64,000 nt of DNA, taken from positions 25,948-89,947 of IMG/VR virus record IMGVR_UViG_3300046678_000420; one strand, written 5' to 3'. A model generated the notes under the pieces. It was not told where the DNA came from, did no database searches, and saw nothing but the letters and a program-made list of their open reading frames with translations. The stretch's first letter is position 1. Each line of letters opens with the position of its first letter. The DNA comes from a virus (Duplodnaviria; Caudoviricetes). Shown here in pieces: positions 17,594-26,669 of this stretch. Both the position numbers and the translations under genes were made by a program.

Positions 17594-17805
17594 GAGCAAT
17601 CGCCACCCTTGAAACCGAAGGCGTTACCGAAATACCCGACGTGACCGCCAGTCTCATACCCGATGCACTGACCGTGCCCGAACTGAACGACCACACCTCG
17701 ATTCATTGACTTGTGCCCGTAGCCGTACGTCATCCAATGCCAGTGATGCACGTGGTGTGTGACCAGGACGTGCAAGAGAACCGACAGTGCGTGATACCAG
17801 GACAT
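17590..17805 (-). CDS. Small Gly/Cys/His peptide B, paralog of peptide A
   Basis: RBS GGAAGG; ends CIGYETGGHVGYFGNAFGFKGGDCS; homolog at 62631-62846. Confidence 0.7.
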   Translation of the reverse strand: MSWYHALSVLLHVLVTHHVHHWHWMTYGYGHKSMNRGVVVQFGHGQCIGYETGGHVGYFGNAFGFKGGDCS

Positions 17806-18681
17806 GCGCTTGTGCCTTCCATGTGTCGTGTCAGCCGCTCCGTGGGCTCGGTGCGGCCGGTCTTGCTGGCAAGGCACATGTCTAGGCCCCAGGTCACCAG
17901 TGCGTCAAGTGAGGTACGGGTCACTGCGAATGAGGCGCACATCACATTCACCAGGTAGACCAATCAGCCATCCAGTCGAGGCCGGCTTGGACTAAGCAGC
18001 TGGTCATACGGGCCATATGGGCCCGGGGGGTCACTAGACCACACCCATACACCCATCGCCCGGAGCCGACCAGGGCGACGGCCGGACAACAGCCAAGCCG
18101 CCATGTCATAGTCTGTCCGACTTTGGCTAATCCAAGATGCCCGGATTCAATCAATGATAGCCGCTGGATTGAAGACACTACCCATATGGGGGTGTCATAA
18201 GTCTAATGTCCGTTTTGCACAAGACCCGCGCAGGCTTATTTTTTTCGCCGCAAGTTAGATCGACTTTGGTGATGGAGACGCCAAAAGGCCCTCCCGGGAC
18301 TGGAGGGCCACTTTCGATGACCATCCGGCCCTGGGAGGGCCGTGGTTCGAGGATTGCACGGCTTGGGGCCGTGCGTCAAGCGAGTTAGATCCCCTGGTCA
18401 GGCATGCGTGATGCAGATCACACGGCCTAGTGTCCTCTCTTCGACGAGACGACAGACCCTATGTCTATGGGGGGTAAGGGGGGGTCTACTTACCTCATAG
18501 GCCCGACAGGGCCCTATGTATCTACCTCATAGCTTTCAGTAACGAGCCTCTGAGGGCTCGCATCTCTTAACCTTCGGCCGCTAAGGCGGCCTCTAAGGAG
18601 CCAGCCCTTAAGGCTGGCTCTTATAGAGGGTGCTTCAACATCCGGCCGATAACGGCCTTCCGGCCGTTTGGGGGTTAACTC

Positions 18682-18960
18682 ATGCCACGGTCGATGTGCC
18701 GCCGCTGTCGGCGGCTAGTCCCGTTAGGGCAACCCTTCTGCTGGGAACACAGGGCAGCCGATCGTTACTCGGCTGCATGGAACTTAAACAGTAAGGCCGC
18801 TAGAGCGGCTAACCCTTTCTGCGTCAAGTGTGGATCGGTATTCGATCTCACGGCTGATCACATCATTCCGCGTTCACGCGGCGGGACTGACCACATGTCG
18901 AACATTCAGGTTCTCTGCCGTTCGTGCAACAGCCGGAAGCACAACCGCCCGAGGGGGTGA
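18682..18960 (+). CDS. HNH endonuclease (packaging-associated)
   Basis: CVKC..DHIIPRSRGGTD..N.QVLCRSCNSRK; directly upstream of terS. Confidence 0.92.
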   Translation: MPRSMCRRCRRLVPLGQPFCWEHRAADRYSAAWNLNSKAARAANPFCVKCGSVFDLTADHIIPRSRGGTDHMSNIQVLCRSCNSRKHNRPRG

Positions 18961-18966
18961 CATCTC

Positions 18967-19425
18967 ATGCCGGGGCCTCTCCCGAAACCGACCCACCTAA
19001 AAATCCTGACCGGTAATCCGGGTAAGAGGCCGCTGCCTGAGCACGAACCCCAGCCCACCAGGGGCGAACCGATTCCGCCTGACTGGCTGGACGGGGAAGC
19101 CCTGGAGGAATGGCGGCGCGTCGTCCCGGAGCTGGCGGCGCTGGGCCTGACTGCCTTGGTGGACCGGGCCGCGCTGGTCGTGTACTGCCAGGCATGGGCT
19201 TCTTACGTCTCCGCTTCACGTCAGCTCGCGGAGCAGGGGCCGACTTCGACCGGACGCAACGGCGAGATGGTCAAGCATCCGGCCGCGCAGATCGCGCGGG
19301 ACTCGGCGGACCTGATGAACAAGTTCGGGAGTCAGTTCGGCTTCACGCCCGCTTCGCGGGCTCGCCTGTCCATTCCCGAGCAGGACTCGGGGGCCTTGGA
19401 CATCGCAGCAATCATCTCCGCGTAG
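18967..19425 (+). CDS. terS: Terminase small subunit, P27 family
   Basis: PGPLPKPTHLKIL.GNPGKR..WL..EA.EEW..FGFTPASRARL. Confidence 0.92.
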   Translation: MPGPLPKPTHLKILTGNPGKRPLPEHEPQPTRGEPIPPDWLDGEALEEWRRVVPELAALGLTALVDRAALVVYCQAWASYVSASRQLAEQGPTSTGRNGEMVKHPAAQIARDSADLMNKFGSQFGFTPASRARLSIPEQDSGALDIAAIISA

Positions 19426-19519
19426 CCCGCGGAGCGCTTTACAGCTTCCGGCCGGCGCGGGGGTACGGCCGGGGGACGGTGGTTGAGGCCGGGGGTTGAG
19501 TCTTGCTCCCCCCGGTCTC

Positions 19520-19864
19520 CTACTTCCCGATGAAGAGGGCGAGCATCGCGGCGATGCCCGAGAGGAGTCCGCCAATTGCGCTTACGGCTGTCCACGAAAT
19601 CTGGCGGGGCGGACGCACGAGCCTGGGTTCTCGTGGGGCGGGTGCACCGTGCCTGATCGGTTCGGAGCGGGAGGTCTGTTGAGCCGTTCGCACCGCAGCT
19701 CTATCGGGGCCGCGCCCGCGCCTCTGTCGCGCGCGCTTCCGCCTGTCCTTCCGGTCGCCCAGTTCAATGACCAACCAAAGAATGAACCAGACCACGCCCG
19801 TGCCCCAGATCGGCGAGGTCACCAAAGCGATCCCAGCGGCGTCGTTGATTGCGGACCCCCTCAT
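19520..19864 (-). CDS. Two-TM membrane protein inserted between terS and terL
   Basis: Hydrophobic segments at both ends with a basic loop; start uncertain. Confidence 0.55.
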   Translation of the reverse strand: MRGSAINDAAGIALVTSPIWGTGVVWFILWLVIELGDRKDRRKRARQRRGRGPDRAAVRTAQQTSRSEPIRHGAPAPREPRLVRPPRQISWTAVSAIGGLLSGIAAMLALFIGK

Positions 19865-19935
19865 CGGCAGCTGAGCAATAGGCGGATCGTAGCAAAGCTC
19901 TGTGATCGAATTTGCCTGGTTGGAGGTGACAAGAG

Positions 19936-20361
19936 ATGCCTCGGTACGTCGCAACGAAGGTTCCCCGTGTTCCGCGAGTCCCCGGCGTTCACCGGGTGGC
20001 GCGGGTTCGCCGCGTGCGGCCTCCGTCCCATGTTCACTACCCGCATTCGCCGGGGTCGGTGGTGCATCGGCATCCGCATCAGGGCAACCACAACCCGCGC
20101 CCCGGGGCGCATGTTCACCACCATGCCGCCAGCGGCGGCCACCACGCGCACGCGGGCAACCACGGTCACCGGCACGTCGCATCGGGCGGGCATCACCCGC
20201 ACAAGGGTGTGCACGAGCATCACCACGTTGTGGCTGGCCGCCATCACCCGCATAAGGGTGTTCACGAGCACCACCACGTCCCGAAGGGGCGACACCACCA
20301 CCACAAGGGGAGCCACGGCCATCGGAGACACCATCACGCGCACCGGCACCACGGCGTGTAG
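19936..20361 (+). CDS. Histidine-rich protein (44 His in 141 aa)
   Basis: GGAGG RBS upstream of ATG; repeats of HHPHKGVHEHHHV; followed by a motif copy at 20379. Confidence 0.7.
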   Translation: MPRYVATKVPRVPRVPGVHRVARVRRVRPPSHVHYPHSPGSVVHRHPHQGNHNPRPGAHVHHHAASGGHHAHAGNHGHRHVASGGHHPHKGVHEHHHVVAGRHHPHKGVHEHHHVPKGRHHHHKGSHGHRRHHHAHRHHGV

Positions 20362-20404
20362 AGCCGCGCCGGCCGGACGCTGTAAAGCTCGCGTCTGTAC
20401 CTTG

Positions 20405-20432
20405 CTTGACGCATGACGCGTCAAGGGAGTTA
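20405..20432. promoter_or_regulatory. Dyad CTTGAC-N9-GTCAAG upstream of the HTH gene
   Basis: CTTGACGCATGACGCGTCAAGGGAGTTA; same architecture as 38866-38900. Confidence 0.55.
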
Positions 20433-20511
20433 GATCATGCCTCAAGACACGGAAGACCCCGGCGGGTGCTGGACACACCCCCGGGGCTTGGCTTGAGGAG
20501 CTGCACTCCAC

Positions 20512-21396
20512 ATGCGCATTCAGCGTACCCCGCAACAAGGTTTCTTCACCATCGTTCCGAACGCGACGGCGCGTGATCACGGCCTGTCGTTCACGGCCCG
20601 GGGCATCCTGGCCTACCTGCTGTCGCTCCCGGCTGGCCGCTCTGAGACGGTCATGAGCCTGTCTGAGAAGTCGGTGGAGGGTCGCAAGGCCGTTTCGGCT
20701 GCGATGACGGAGCTTGAGGAGCGCGGTTACCTGGCTCGCAAGCGGGTTCGCGGTGAGGCGGGGCAGATCACCACTGACGTTGTGGTCTTCGACATGCGCG
20801 ACGGCGCATCTCCCCAGGTCGCGCCGAACGACACTCCAGTGTCGGTCGGTGGCCCGGTCGCCGGTTCGTCGGTCGATAACCCCATAGAAGACTTGGTAGA
20901 AAACTCCCCCCTCCCTACCCCCGTGACGGCCCCGGCTCTGACCGAGTCGGCCCCGGAGGGGCGGGCGGGGGGTGAGATATCTCGATCGGAAACCCTTCTC
21001 GCCGAGGTCGGCCGGGCTGACGCACGGCTACACCTGTCGGTGCGGGATCTGCGCAAGCTGGCCCCGCTGGTCGAGGCGTGGTTCGAGCGGGGCGCGGACG
21101 AGCGCTTGGTGAAGCTGGCGCTTACGGCGGGCCTTCCGGAGCGGGTGCAGCACCCCGCCGGGCTGCTGCGGAAGCGCCTCGAAGACAAAATGCCCGCAAC
21201 GGCTCCCGTGGCCCCTGTGGCGGCCCCGCAGGCTCCCCGGCATGAGTGCCCCGAGTGCCAGCGTCCTGTGATCACTGCGGGCCTGTGCAAGTCATGCGCC
21301 GGGGACGCCCCGGCAACGGCCACCCCCATTTCGGGCCCGGTCTCCTGGCGAGACCTGGCTAAGAGCTTCGCCCCGGGCGCCTTCGCTACGGCCTGA
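20512..21396 (+). CDS. Winged-HTH replication-initiator-like protein with C-terminal zinc finger
   Basis: FTIVPN..LSF.ARGILAYLLSLP..ELEERGYL; GLPERV.HPAGLL; CPEC..C.SC. Confidence 0.75.
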   Translation: MRIQRTPQQGFFTIVPNATARDHGLSFTARGILAYLLSLPAGRSETVMSLSEKSVEGRKAVSAAMTELEERGYLARKRVRGEAGQITTDVVVFDMRDGASPQVAPNDTPVSVGGPVAGSSVDNPIEDLVENSPLPTPVTAPALTESAPEGRAGGEISRSETLLAEVGRADARLHLSVRDLRKLAPLVEAWFERGADERLVKLALTAGLPERVQHPAGLLRKRLEDKMPATAPVAPVAAPQAPRHECPECQRPVITAGLCKSCAGDAPATATPISGPVSWRDLAKSFAPGAFATA

Positions 21397-21471
21397 CGCC
21401 CCTCCCCTCTCCGTCGACCAAACCGCGGGGCGCTTTACAGCGTCCCGCCGGCCTGATGCGAGGGGGTGTAG

Positions 21472-23121
21472 ATGCTCCTTGCCCCCCACGCCCCGGCGAA
21501 CGCTGCATCCGGCACCTTCATATGGGACCAGGCCGCAGCTGACCGAGTCGTCGCGTTCTTCGAGCGCGTCTTGGTCCACACCAAGGGCAGGCACGCACGG
21601 ACACCCTTCCTCCTGACCGACTGGCAGAGGGACGAGATCGTACGGCCCTTGTTCGGCACGCTCGCCTATGACGAGCAGTACGACGAGTACGTACGTCAGT
21701 ACCGCGTCGCCTGGCTTGAGATGGCCCGCAAGAACGGCAAGTCAGAATTGGCGTCCGGCTTTGCCCTGTATGGCCTTGTAGGCGATGGGGAAGAGTCCGC
21801 CGAGGTCTATTCCGTCGCGGCTGACCGCGACCAGGCGTCGCTAGTTTTCGACGTCGCTAAGCGCATGGTCGAGCTGTCCCCGGTCCTTTCCCGGCGTCTC
21901 GAAGTCGTCGCCTCTAAGAAGCGCATCATCGACCCGGCCACGAACTCTTTCTATGCGGTGCTGCCCGGAGATGCCTCCGGCGCTCTCGGCACCAACCCGA
22001 GCATGGTCCTCTTCGATGAGGTCTTGACTCAGAAAGACCGGCACCTGTGGGACGCGATGCGCCAAGGGTTCGGCACCCGGCGTCAGCCGATTCTCATTGC
22101 TACTACTACCGCCGCGTACACGTCGGCGCGGTTCGCATTGGAGGAACACGAATATGGGGAAGGTCTCCTCAACAATCCTGCCGCCGACGCCGCCCGGTTC
22201 GTGTTCATGCGAAACACACCGAGGGATTGGGACTGGCGAGACGAAGGGCACCCCGCCAATCCCGAGACCGGAGAGCCCGCAACCGGCTGGTACCACGCCA
22301 ATCCCGCTCTTGGAGATTTCCTCTCCATCGGAAACCTCCGATCCGAAGCCGTAGAAGCCGAGTCCAAGCCTTCGGCTGAGAACGCGTTCCGCGTGTTCCG
22401 GCTGAACCAGTGGACTTCTCAGGCCGAACGCTGGCTCGATATGCAGACGTGGGACCGCAACGGGGAAACCCCGGTTCTGCGTGAGCACCTGGCGGGCCGT
22501 TGCTGCTATGCCGGGCTCGACCTGGCGAGCGTTTCCGACTTCACGGCGTGGGTGTTGCTGTTCCCGGGCTCTCCGGAGGACAAGGACGCCGAGGGGTTCA
22601 CGATTCTTCCCCGCTTCTGGATTCCGTCGAAGGCGCTTAAGGCGCGTGGTGTGCAGCGTTCGACGCTTGAGTACTGGGCGCAAATGGGCTGGCTCACCAT
22701 CACTGACGGGGACGTTACGGATTATCGGGTTGTTCAGGCGGAAATCGAGAAGGACGCCGAAGATTTCTGCATTGATCTCTTCGGTTATGACCCGTGGAAT
22801 GCGACAAACCTGGTTACGGAGCTGGAAGACGGCGGCTTAGAGGGCGTTAAGGCGCCTCAGACGTCTGCCCGCATGACGGACCCGTGCAAGTGGATGGAAA
22901 CCCTCTTGGCTGAGGGAGTCCTTAGGCACGGCGGTAACCCCGTCCTCCGCTGGATGGCGGACAACGTCGAAATCCAATACACGGGAGACGGCCTTTTCAA
23001 GCCGTCTAAGGCCAAATCTGGCGACAAAATCGACGGCATTTCGGCGCTCTTGAACGCGCTTTTTGTTGCTTTTACCGAAGATGACACGGAAGTGGGCTTC
23101 ATCAGCCTCGAAGATGACTAG
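21472..23121 (+). CDS. terL: Terminase large subunit
   Basis: ARKNGKS Walker A, AADRDQA, FDEV Walker B, GLDLASVSDFTA nuclease motif, KIDGI. Confidence 0.96.
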   Translation: MLLAPHAPANAASGTFIWDQAAADRVVAFFERVLVHTKGRHARTPFLLTDWQRDEIVRPLFGTLAYDEQYDEYVRQYRVAWLEMARKNGKSELASGFALYGLVGDGEESAEVYSVAADRDQASLVFDVAKRMVELSPVLSRRLEVVASKKRIIDPATNSFYAVLPGDASGALGTNPSMVLFDEVLTQKDRHLWDAMRQGFGTRRQPILIATTTAAYTSARFALEEHEYGEGLLNNPAADAARFVFMRNTPRDWDWRDEGHPANPETGEPATGWYHANPALGDFLSIGNLRSEAVEAESKPSAENAFRVFRLNQWTSQAERWLDMQTWDRNGETPVLREHLAGRCCYAGLDLASVSDFTAWVLLFPGSPEDKDAEGFTILPRFWIPSKALKARGVQRSTLEYWAQMGWLTITDGDVTDYRVVQAEIEKDAEDFCIDLFGYDPWNATNLVTELEDGGLEGVKAPQTSARMTDPCKWMETLLAEGVLRHGGNPVLRWMADNVEIQYTGDGLFKPSKAKSGDKIDGISALLNALFVAFTEDDTEVGFISLEDD

Positions 23122-23131
23122 GGGGTGGCTG

Positions 23132-23308
23132 ATGCGCCGTCGCGCGATCGTGCTTGAGGTGGTGTCCACGCTGGTTGAGGGCCTGGGAGCCCTGGGAGTG
23201 GCCTACGGTCTGGCGCAGGTTTACCGGCCCCTCGGGTGGATTCTTGGGGGCCTTTTCGTGGCCGTGGTGGGCTTCTCGCTGTCCCCGAAGCCGGGTGAGC
23301 AGCGTTGA
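23132..23308 (+). CDS. Small membrane protein before the portal
   Basis: Two hydrophobic segments; TTGA coupling to the portal. Confidence 0.65.
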   Translation: MRRRAIVLEVVSTLVEGLGALGVAYGLAQVYRPLGWILGGLFVAVVGFSLSPKPGEQR

Positions 23309-24603
23309 GTATCTTCTCCCGCATCGAGGCCCGGACGGGCGGTCTTGGCTGGCTCGCCAGTCAGCCCCCCGTTGACTGGGTCCGCAATGCCTTCCTCGCG
23401 AATGATCCCGTCTACTCGGGTAAGCAGGTCAATGAGCAAACGGCGATGCAGGTTAGCGCCGTCTACTACTGCGTTGGACTTATCACGGACGCTATCGCGT
23501 CTCTGCCTATCGACGTCTTCAAGGACTATCCGGACGGCACCACGGAGAAGGTTCGCGCCCCGGCGTGGCTGCGAAAGCCGAACTATCGGATGACCCCGTT
23601 CGACTTCTGGCAGCGGGTAGTCATGTCCCTTCTCGTGGCCGGAAACGCCTACATCTTCACCCTGCGGAACGGTAAGGGCGACATCATCGAGGTGTGGCCC
23701 ATTCACCCGAGCTGGGTCTATCCCTTCCCCGAGGAGGGAACGACCAACGTCCTGTATGACGTGAACGGCGTCACCATGGATCAGACCGAGATCATCCATA
23801 TCCCGGCAATGTCGATGCCGGGCTACCTCACCGGTCTTTCGCCGCTTGAGGCGGCCCGTCAGGCAATCGGCATCTCGATGGTGACGGAGGAGTTCGGGGC
23901 CCGGTTCTTCAGCCAGGGCGCCTACATGTCCGGCATCATCCAGCACCCGGGCAAGGCGAACCCGGAAGAGGCTCGGCGCCTCAAAGAGGACTTCGTCAAG
24001 AAGCACCAGGGCGTAGCGAACTCGCATGCCGTGGGCGTTCTGACCGGTGGCGCCTCTTGGCACCCGATCACCATCACGCCCGAGCAATCCCAGTTCCTTC
24101 AGACCCGGAACTTCACGAAAGCCGACATCGCGTTGTTCTACCGGGTGCCCGCCTATCGGGTTGACCCGGCGGTCACGTCCTCTTGGGGCCGTGGCGTCGA
24201 AGAGCAGAACTACGCCATGGCTCAGGACACGTTGCACCCGTGGGCCGCACGTATCGAGCAGGCCATATCGACGTTCCTTCTGCCGGGCTTTCAGACCATG
24301 CGTTTCAACATGGATGCCCGCTTGAGGGCGAAGCTTTCCGAGCGCTACGCGGCACATGCGCAAGCGATCAGCTACGGCATCAAGAGCCCGGATGAAGTCC
24401 GCTCCGAGGAAGGCATGTCGCCCATTCCTGACGGCAAGGGCGATGTGTGGTACCGCCCGGCGAACATCATCGGCATTGATGAGGATCTGCCGACAACGAA
24501 CGATTGGAAAAAGCTTCCGGACGCGGTCGATGGGGGAACGATGGTTGTTCCCCCGCCTCCCCCGGAGCCTAACGGGGGTGGTGGCGAGAATGAGCCTGCT
24601 TGA
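23305..24603 (+). CDS. Portal protein, HK97 family
   Basis: AMQVSAVYYCV..I...IASLP, GLSPL, QSQFLQTR, I.SPDEVR. Confidence 0.95.
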   Translation: MSIFSRIEARTGGLGWLASQPPVDWVRNAFLANDPVYSGKQVNEQTAMQVSAVYYCVGLITDAIASLPIDVFKDYPDGTTEKVRAPAWLRKPNYRMTPFDFWQRVVMSLLVAGNAYIFTLRNGKGDIIEVWPIHPSWVYPFPEEGTTNVLYDVNGVTMDQTEIIHIPAMSMPGYLTGLSPLEAARQAIGISMVTEEFGARFFSQGAYMSGIIQHPGKANPEEARRLKEDFVKKHQGVANSHAVGVLTGGASWHPITITPEQSQFLQTRNFTKADIALFYRVPAYRVDPAVTSSWGRGVEEQNYAMAQDTLHPWAARIEQAISTFLLPGFQTMRFNMDARLRAKLSERYAAHAQAISYGIKSPDEVRSEEGMSPIPDGKGDVWYRPANIIGIDEDLPTTNDWKKLPDAVDGGTMVVPPPPPEPNGGGGENEPA

Positions 24604-25240
24604 GCGCAGGTCGGTTGAGACCCAGTTCGACATTGCCGCTAAGGGCGATGGGTGGACGTTCACCGGATACGCCGCGAAGTACGGAACCAGGTCTCACGAC
24701 CTCGGGGGCTTCAAGGAAACCATTCGGTCGGGCGCGTTCACCCGCGCCCTCGGTGAGGGCCAAGACGTGAGGGCCCTTATCAACCATGACGCCGGTCTGA
24801 TCCTGGGGCGTACAGCCTCCGGCACGCTGAAGCTGGCCGAGGACAGCACGGGCCTTCACTACGAAGTGGACGCGCCAGACACCAGCTATGCCCGTGACCT
24901 GGCGGAGTCCATGAAGCGGGGCGACGTCACGCAGTCGTCCTTTGCTTTCCGTGTCCGTGAGGACGACTGGCAGAAGGAAGGCCGCTCGCGGCTCCGGACC
25001 CTCATCGACCTTGACCTACTCGACGTCTCGCCGGTCACGTACCCGGCGTACGAGGACACAGAGTCAGGGGTCACCGCGGCGCGTGCTTTACAGCTCGCGG
25101 CCGGCCGACTGGGTTGGGATGAGGAGAGAGACGCGCTTGCGGCGCGTGACCTGGTGGGGGCGTGGAATCCGCTCCCACCGGAGGACAACGAAACGCTTCG
25201 GCTTGCCCTTCGGGCGATCCGGCTTAGGGGCCGTGCCTGA
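24590..25240 (+). CDS. Prohead protease, HK97 family
   Basis: GYAAKY..DLGGFKE.I..GAF, ALINHD, QSSFAF, DVSPVTYPAY. Confidence 0.95.
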   Translation: MSLLERRSVETQFDIAAKGDGWTFTGYAAKYGTRSHDLGGFKETIRSGAFTRALGEGQDVRALINHDAGLILGRTASGTLKLAEDSTGLHYEVDAPDTSYARDLAESMKRGDVTQSSFAFRVREDDWQKEGRSRLRTLIDLDLLDVSPVTYPAYEDTESGVTAARALQLAAGRLGWDEERDALAARDLVGAWNPLPPEDNETLRLALRAIRLRGRA

Positions 25241-25336
25241 CGGCACCAGCTCCAAACACATACAGAGGCTCACCCCTGACGGGTGGGCCTCTTTCGTTTG
25301 GCCGCGAACGGCGGCCCCTTGGGGGAGGTACCAGTT

Positions 25337-26605
25337 TTGAGTTACGCACAGCAGGCCGAAGAGATCCTGACTCAGCGCGCGAACATCTTCGAGCAGCGCA
25401 AGGCGATCACGGATTCTCTGACGGACGGCGCGGAGCCGACTGCGGAGCAGCGGACCCAGCTCGACCGAATGGACACGGACCTGAACCGCCTCGGCGCGGA
25501 GGCCCGCTCCATCGTGGAGGAGGGCGAGCGGGAGGCTGAGGCGGCGGAGCTGCGGGACCGTGCGGCCCGGCTCGGCGTCAAGTCCGGCGTGTTCAACGGC
25601 GATCAGCAGCGCCAGAACGCGGGCGTGTCCCTGTCGGACGAGATCCGAAACCTGAACTACGGCGAGACGCTGACGGTCGGCTCGGACCTCTACATGAAGC
25701 CGGGCAGTGACGAGGTTCGGTCCGCGCTTGAGTCGCGGGTCGCGACCACCGGCAGCGCCGCGAACGCTGGCGCCACCATCCCGACGACCTTCGTCGCGCG
25801 GGTCCTGGACTACATGCTGCCGCAGATCGGCGTGTGGCAGGCAGGCCCGACCATCATCACCACTTCCGGCGGCGAGCCGATGACCTTCCCGCGCCTGACC
25901 GGTCGGCCGACTGTCGCGCCGGTCGCGGAGAACAGCCCGTTCCCGACTTCCGACGCCGCATTCAACAATTTCACGCTGAATGCCAAAAAGTATGGCGTGA
26001 TCGTTCAGGTCTCCAAGGAAATGGTGCAGGACAGCGGCATTGACATTGCTGGGTTCATCGCTCAGCAGGCGGGCATCATGGCGGGCCGTCAGGTCGCCCA
26101 TGACCTGACCGTCGGCTCCGGTACCGGCGGCGTGCCGACTGGTGTTCTGACTGCCACTGTGGCGGCGAATGCCGGTACCACCATGGGCACTGTCGGCGCC
26201 ATCTCCGGTGACGACATCATCGCGCTCTACTACAGCGTGATTGACGCCTACCGGCGGAACGCGAAGTTCATGATGAATGACGCGACCGTGGGCAAGCTGC
26301 GAGGCGTCAAGGACGCCTATGGTCAGTACCTTTGGCAGCCCGGCTTGGTCTCCGGCGCCCCGGACATTCTTCTCGGCAAGCCGGTTGTGACCGACGTCAA
26401 CATGCCGACCGTGGCGACCGGCAATCAGTCGGTCATCTTCGGCGACTTCTCCACCTACTTCGTTCGCCAGGTCAACGGCGTTCAGGTCGAGAAGTCTTTC
26501 GAGTTCGGTTGGGGTTCCGACCTGGTGTCGTACAAGGTGACTTGGCGCGGCGACGGCAACCTGTCGGACACCACGGGTGCGCTGAAGACTCTGGTCGGCA
26601 AGTAA
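25337..26605 (+). CDS. Major capsid protein, HK97 fold
   Basis: Coiled-coil delta domain, SKEMVQDS, KDAYGQYLWQP, LLGKPVV, FGDFS.Y; TTG start after GGAGG. Confidence 0.95.
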   Translation: MSYAQQAEEILTQRANIFEQRKAITDSLTDGAEPTAEQRTQLDRMDTDLNRLGAEARSIVEEGEREAEAAELRDRAARLGVKSGVFNGDQQRQNAGVSLSDEIRNLNYGETLTVGSDLYMKPGSDEVRSALESRVATTGSAANAGATIPTTFVARVLDYMLPQIGVWQAGPTIITTSGGEPMTFPRLTGRPTVAPVAENSPFPTSDAAFNNFTLNAKKYGVIVQVSKEMVQDSGIDIAGFIAQQAGIMAGRQVAHDLTVGSGTGGVPTGVLTATVAANAGTTMGTVGAISGDDIIALYYSVIDAYRRNAKFMMNDATVGKLRGVKDAYGQYLWQPGLVSGAPDILLGKPVVTDVNMPTVATGNQSVIFGDFSTYFVRQVNGVQVEKSFEFGWGSDLVSYKVTWRGDGNLSDTTGALKTLVGK

Positions 26606-26669
26606 GCCGTTAGCGGGTTAGGGGAGGGCCTTAGGGTCCTCCGCTTTCTCATGCCCGGAGGGGGTGCCT

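Noticed and set aside
18206-18388. ORF MSVLHKTRAG... present in both units
   Set aside because: It has no RBS, differs in length between units and overlaps hairpins and a motif; conservation is better explained at the DNA level.
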